A stretch of DNA of 38,480 nucleotides from positions 1 through 38,480 of the IMG/VR virus record IMGVR_UViG_3300045996_001293, one strand, 5' to 3'. This stretch comes from a virus. Lineage: Duplodnaviria; Caudoviricetes. Below, one piece after another: positions 35,290-38,480 of the stretch. A model generated the notes under the pieces. It was given only the letters and a program-made list of their open reading frames with translations, did no database searches and had not been told where the DNA came from. A program made the position numbers and the translations under genes. Each line of letters begins with the position of its first letter. Positions within the stretch are counted from its first letter, which is position 1.

Positions 35290-35642
35290 GGCACGAGCTC
35301 CACGGGTTGAGGTTCCAGAATCAATTCCGACAACAGGAGCGGGGCCAACGAGGTGCTCTCCTCGGGGAGGGTACACACCTCGACGGTCTTGCTGAGCACC
35401 AACCGCCCGAGCCCCGGGGGCACCCACGTCACCGTCACATAGTCCGCCACGTTCTCCCTGGTCCGTTCCATCACGTGACAGTACAGCTTCCGCCACAGGG
35501 CCACCGAGAGCCCTATGTGAACCTGGAACGTGTCCGGGTCCTCAATGGCCGCCCAGCGATAGCCCTCGAGCTGGAACACATGGACGTGGGGTCGCGGGGC
35601 CAGGAGCTTGGCCAGCGCGGTCAGCATGACCTCCTGCTTCAT
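35286..35642 (-). CDS. Hypothetical protein
   Basis: MKQEVMLTAL...; ATGA/GTGA-coupled on both sides. Confidence 0.6.
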   Translation of the reverse strand: MKQEVMLTALAKLLAPRPHVHVFQLEGYRWAAIEDPDTFQVHIGLSVALWRKLYCHVMERTRENVADYVTVTWVPPGLGRLVLSKTVEVCTLPEESTSLAPLLLSELILEPQPVELVP

Positions 35643-35899
35643 GCGTTCCCCTTGGTGAAGCGGAGGCACGGGCAGAGTTGAAGCGTGAGGCGGAGCCCGG
35701 TCCCCCGGTACGGCTGGGTGCGCACCGCGACGCCCGTCCCGTGGCACGTCTCACAAAACACGGTAGTGGTGACCGCGTAGCCTTGCGCCCGCGCCTCGTC
35801 TACGGAGAGCCCAAGGGTGGTGAGTTGCTCCTGAAGCCACTGCGACTTGAGCGTGACGCTCGCCATGGCGACCCGGGCGAGGCTATCGTTGAGAGTCAT
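35639..35899 (-). CDS. Hypothetical protein with CxxCxGxG...CxC zinc-binding motif
   Basis: 86 aa; CETCHGTG and CPC. Confidence 0.6.
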   Translation of the reverse strand: MTLNDSLARVAMASVTLKSQWLQEQLTTLGLSVDEARAQGYAVTTTVFCETCHGTGVAVRTQPYRGTGLRLTLQLCPCLRFTKGNA

Positions 35900-36101
35900 G
35901 GGGGGCGGGACCGTTTCGCTTGCCGATGTCGCTCACGTGGACCGCGAGCCGCGCAAAGGCGTTGAAGATTTGTTCTTGGTGGTCGCTGGGAATCCGCTCG
36001 CTGTCGGGCCCTCCTCGGGTGACCTCGCGAGCCAGCCGGACTTTCTGTTGGAACTCCTCAGCGAGTTGATCGAGGAGCCACGTATCACTACGGCGGAGCA
36101 T
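35883..36101 (-). CDS. Hypothetical protein
   Basis: 72 aa; AAGGAG upstream of ATG. Confidence 0.6.
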   Translation of the reverse strand: MLRRSDTWLLDQLAEEFQQKVRLAREVTRGGPDSERIPSDHQEQIFNAFARLAVHVSDIGKRNGPAPHDSQR

Positions 36102-36108
36102 TGGGGCA

Positions 36109-36372
36109 CTACTCCTTGTCGAGAGAGCTTCCGTTGAGTTTCGCCAGGTTGATGGTGGTGATCAACACGTCATGGTGGTGTTGGCGCGCGTGCCAACGTC
36201 CGGTCTCCGTGACCTTGTGTATAGGGTTCTTGATGTCGGGGAAGGTGCCCGTGTCAATGGTCCGTTCGTACGGACACTGTTGACACTTGGCGGTCGTGAT
36301 GGTGCGGTGCCCCACTGGCATGAGGGGGGCTTGACGTCGTGGGTGGAACTTGTTTCCCTTGCGAAAGACCAT
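36109..36372 (-). CDS. Hypothetical protein with CxxC...HxxxHxH motif
   Basis: 87 aa; GGAG upstream; CQQC and HARQHHH. Confidence 0.6.
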   Translation of the reverse strand: MVFRKGNKFHPRRQAPLMPVGHRTITTAKCQQCPYERTIDTGTFPDIKNPIHKVTETGRWHARQHHHDVLITTINLAKLNGSSLDKE

Positions 36373-36382
36373 AGCGGAGAAG

Positions 36383-36736
36383 CTACTCCGCTTGCTCCGC
36401 GAGGAAAGCGTCCCCCACCTGAGCCTCCACGCGGTCCATCAGCTCTTTGAGCCAGCTCCGGTACATGCCCTGCTCCTCGAGCGCCAGAAGCCAGAGCAGG
36501 TTCCACCGCACATCCACGGGGAGGACGGTGAGCCCGCACTCCGCGGTGCCGCCGTGGGCGGGGGCCTTCCGGATAGCGCTCAGGTGTACGTGGAACTCGC
36601 GCTCGGTGCCCTGCTCGCGCACGGCGATGACGTCGCCCACCCGGTACTCAGCCCGGATGCTATGCGTGAGCGTCCGGTGCATGAGGGCAAAGAGCGCCGG
36701 GGAGACCGTCAGGGTCTTGAGGTCCGGCGGGGTCAC
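36383..36736 (-). CDS. Hypothetical protein, possible ASCH/DUF3850-like fold
   Basis: GTG 36736 overlaps the upstream TGA; segment IRAEYRVGDVIAVREQGTER resembles the ASCH-like core. Confidence 0.5.
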   Translation of the reverse strand: MTPPDLKTLTVSPALFALMHRTLTHSIRAEYRVGDVIAVREQGTEREFHVHLSAIRKAPAHGGTAECGLTVLPVDVRWNLLWLLALEEQGMYRSWLKELMDRVEAQVGDAFLAEQAE

Positions 36737-36819
36737 AGCAGGGCCGCAAGCGCGATCAAGCCGAGGCCAACGACGACACCAATCATGGCGCCGTCCCGAA
36801 TCTGTTGTTTGGTTGTCAT
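36733..36819 (-). CDS. 28-aa single-pass membrane peptide
   Basis: MTTKQQIRDGAMIGVVVGLGLIALAALL; ATGA and GTGA overlaps on both sides. Confidence 0.55.
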   Translation of the reverse strand: MTTKQQIRDGAMIGVVVGLGLIALAALL

Positions 36820-37070
36820 GGTTTGGGGCGAGAAGGGAGGGGACCAATACAGCGTATGGGCTTGTCGCGAAAGGGCTCTCCACGCGGGGTCCAGTACGCA
36901 AAGAGCCCCTGCCACCAGAGGTAGTCCTTGGGACTGATGGACCGGGCTTCGAGCGTGCGCTCGAGCGCGACGCTGCCCGTGCGACTGGGGTGCTCCGGAT
37001 CCTGATAGCGTACCAGGATCCGGTCCAGTTGATCGACGGTGTCAATCACCTCGCCGCCGACGGTCCGCAT
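36816..37070 (-). CDS. Hypothetical protein
   Basis: 84 aa; starts 3 nt after the upstream stop and is ATGA-coupled downstream. Confidence 0.6.
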   Translation of the reverse strand: MRTVGGEVIDTVDQLDRILVRYQDPEHPSRTGSVALERTLEARSISPKDYLWWQGLFAYWTPRGEPFRDKPIRCIGPLPSRPKP

Positions 37071-37073
37071 GGC

Positions 37074-38480
37074 CTACGGCGCCACCCCGGCCACCGCCGC
37101 GTTGACCTTGGCGGTGTCCGCACCAATCGGCGTGCCGTCATACCCCACGGGGAGCGTGGCCGGGAGCGCCGGAACGCACCATTTGAACTTGTCCGCTCCG
37201 CAGGTATACGGCGCCGTCTCCACGGCGAGGTTGGTACGCCACACCGTGCCGGGCGTCCGGGGGACGCCGCCACTGGAGTGGACGCCGTAGTCCCCGGTAT
37301 AGCCGACGTTGGCGTCGTACAGGAACGCCGTGTTGGCGCCGCCATCGAGGCTGATGAGCTTTAAGCTGGGCTTCGCGTTGAGCATCGTGTTGTGGATGAT
37401 GGTCACGTGGGCGACGTCGCCCAGGACCTGCCACGGGATACCCTCGGCGCCGGCAAACGACTCGGCGATGTTGTGATAGATGGTAAACCGGGCCGCCGCG
37501 CTATCCACGGGGGCCCAGCCCGGCTTTGCGGCGATGTTGATTCCGCTCCCAATCATGCGGAACTTGTTGTACCGGATGGTCACATCCCGCGTGGTGCTCT
37601 GGCGGGCGCTGCCGTCCTGGTTCTCCGCCTTGAGGAGCATGGCGTACCCGGCCTGAGCGCTCGCCCAGACGTTCTCGATCACGTTGCCTTCCACGAGCAG
37701 GCGGCGCGCGTGCTTGGATTCGATGATCGTCTTGGTGAGCCACTTCCCCTTCCACGCAAGGGGGCGACTGAGGTGGTTCCGGGTGATGGTGATGTCCGTG
37801 GGGGTGAGCCCGGGCACGGCGGGGTCGGCGCCGCCGAACATCACGCCCATGTGCCCGCCCGCCAGGTAGTTGTCGTGAATGAGGAACGGGCCCGGCCCGT
37901 TGTACCCAATCAGCGCCTGCGAGTCCTGGTCATAGTAGTGGCAATCGTCCAGGTAGCTGCGGAGGACCGAGGTGCTTCCGCTGTTGAGGGTCACGCACCG
38001 CTTCAGGTTCATCACGGCGTTGCCGTGCACCCAGACGCGGTCCAGGATGATGTTGGTGGGAATGGAGGCGACCGTCGTCTGAATAGGGCCCGAGTCGCCG
38101 AGCCGCACGAGCATGTTCACCTCGGCCACGCCTGCGGCCACGGTCACCTCGAGCTCGGCGAGCCGCCAGCCGCTGGTGCCGGGCGCCGTGCCAATAGCGG
38201 CGCTGTAGCCGGGCGTCACAATGCGCGCGAGCCCCACGGCGGTGGCGGGGGTGATGCGGCCCACGCCCTCGGTCTTGTCGGTGCGGACGGTCACCCAGCC
38301 GATACAGCCTCGTGCCGGAAGGGCGAAGTTGCCGGTGTAGGTGGCGCCCGCCGCCAGGAGGAGCTCGTCGCCGCAGGTAGCCGCGTTGAGGTACGTCTGG
38401 AGGTTGGCCCCGGCTGGGACCTTGGTCGCACGAGTGGGCACGGTGGCCGCGAGCGGCCCCGTGACGCGGGGGAGCTCGGC
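37074..38480 (-). CDS. Right-handed parallel beta-helix (pectin lyase-like) protein, 5' truncated
   Basis: Frame is open to the window edge (AELPRVTGPLAAT...); LQ..LNAA.CGD.L.L.AGATYTGNF.LP, NGPGPFLIHDNYL, DITITRNHL, KHARRLLVEGNVIEN repeats. Confidence 0.8.
   Translation of the reverse strand, partial: AELPRVTGPLAATVPTRATKVPAGANLQTYLNAATCGDELLLAAGATYTGNFALPARGCIGWVTVRTDKTEGVGRITPATAVGLARIVTPGYSAAIGTAPGTSGWRLAELEVTVAAGVAEVNMLVRLGDSGPIQTTVASIPTNIILDRVWVHGNAVMNLKRCVTLNSGSTSVLRSYLDDCHYYDQDSQALIGYNGPGPFLIHDNYLAGGHMGVMFGGADPAVPGLTPTDITITRNHLSRPLAWKGKWLTKTIIESKHARRLLVEGNVIENVWASAQAGYAMLLKAENQDGSARQSTTRDVTIRYNKFRMIGSGINIAAKPGWAPVDSAAARFTIYHNIAESFAGAEGIPWQVLGDVAHVTIIHNTMLNAKPSLKLISLDGGANTAFLYDANVGYTGDYGVHSSGGVPRTPGTVWRTNLAVETAPYTCGADKFKWCVPALPATLPVGYDGTPIGADTAKVNAAVAGVAP

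Noticed and set aside
36334-36345. HPRR in the 87-aa protein as a fourth cargo tag
   Set aside because: It lacks the downstream GxF and the upstream acidic leader, and the gene lies outside the head module
1-38480. tRNA, rRNA, integrase, tail sheath or insertion sequence
   Set aside because: None recognised; intergenic gaps are short and no transposase, sheath or integrase motifs were seen, so lifestyle cannot be determined from this window

Overview
The window is a GC-rich segment of a tailed dsDNA phage or prophage of siphovirus type (tail tube and tape measure present, no sheath gene). All credible genes are on the minus strand, many coupled by ATGA/GTGA overlaps. In transcription order (right to left): a beta-helix protein truncated by the window edge, small genes including a PD-(D/E)xK nuclease and a GNAT, an AT-rich regulatory gap, putative terS, terL, portal and MuF-like head protein, an unusual block of head-associated enzymes, XkdF-type protease, scaffold, cement protein, major capsid protein, neck genes interrupted by four accessory virion genes, tail terminator, tail tube, frameshifted tail chaperones, tape measure, tail tip genes and two holin-like membrane proteins. 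The most interesting feature is a candidate capsid-cargo system in the head module. Three unrelated proteins (an Acb1-like 2H phosphoesterase/topoisomerase IB fusion, a repeat-rich ADP-ribosyltransferase, and the C-terminal extension of the prohead protease) each carry the motif HPRxxxG[KQR]F just after a hydrophobic-x-Lys site. That site also recurs through the scaffold and at the capsid N-terminus. The fusion protein additionally copies the capsid N-terminal peptide TPGDVH. All family calls come from motif recognition and gene order; no database search was run.
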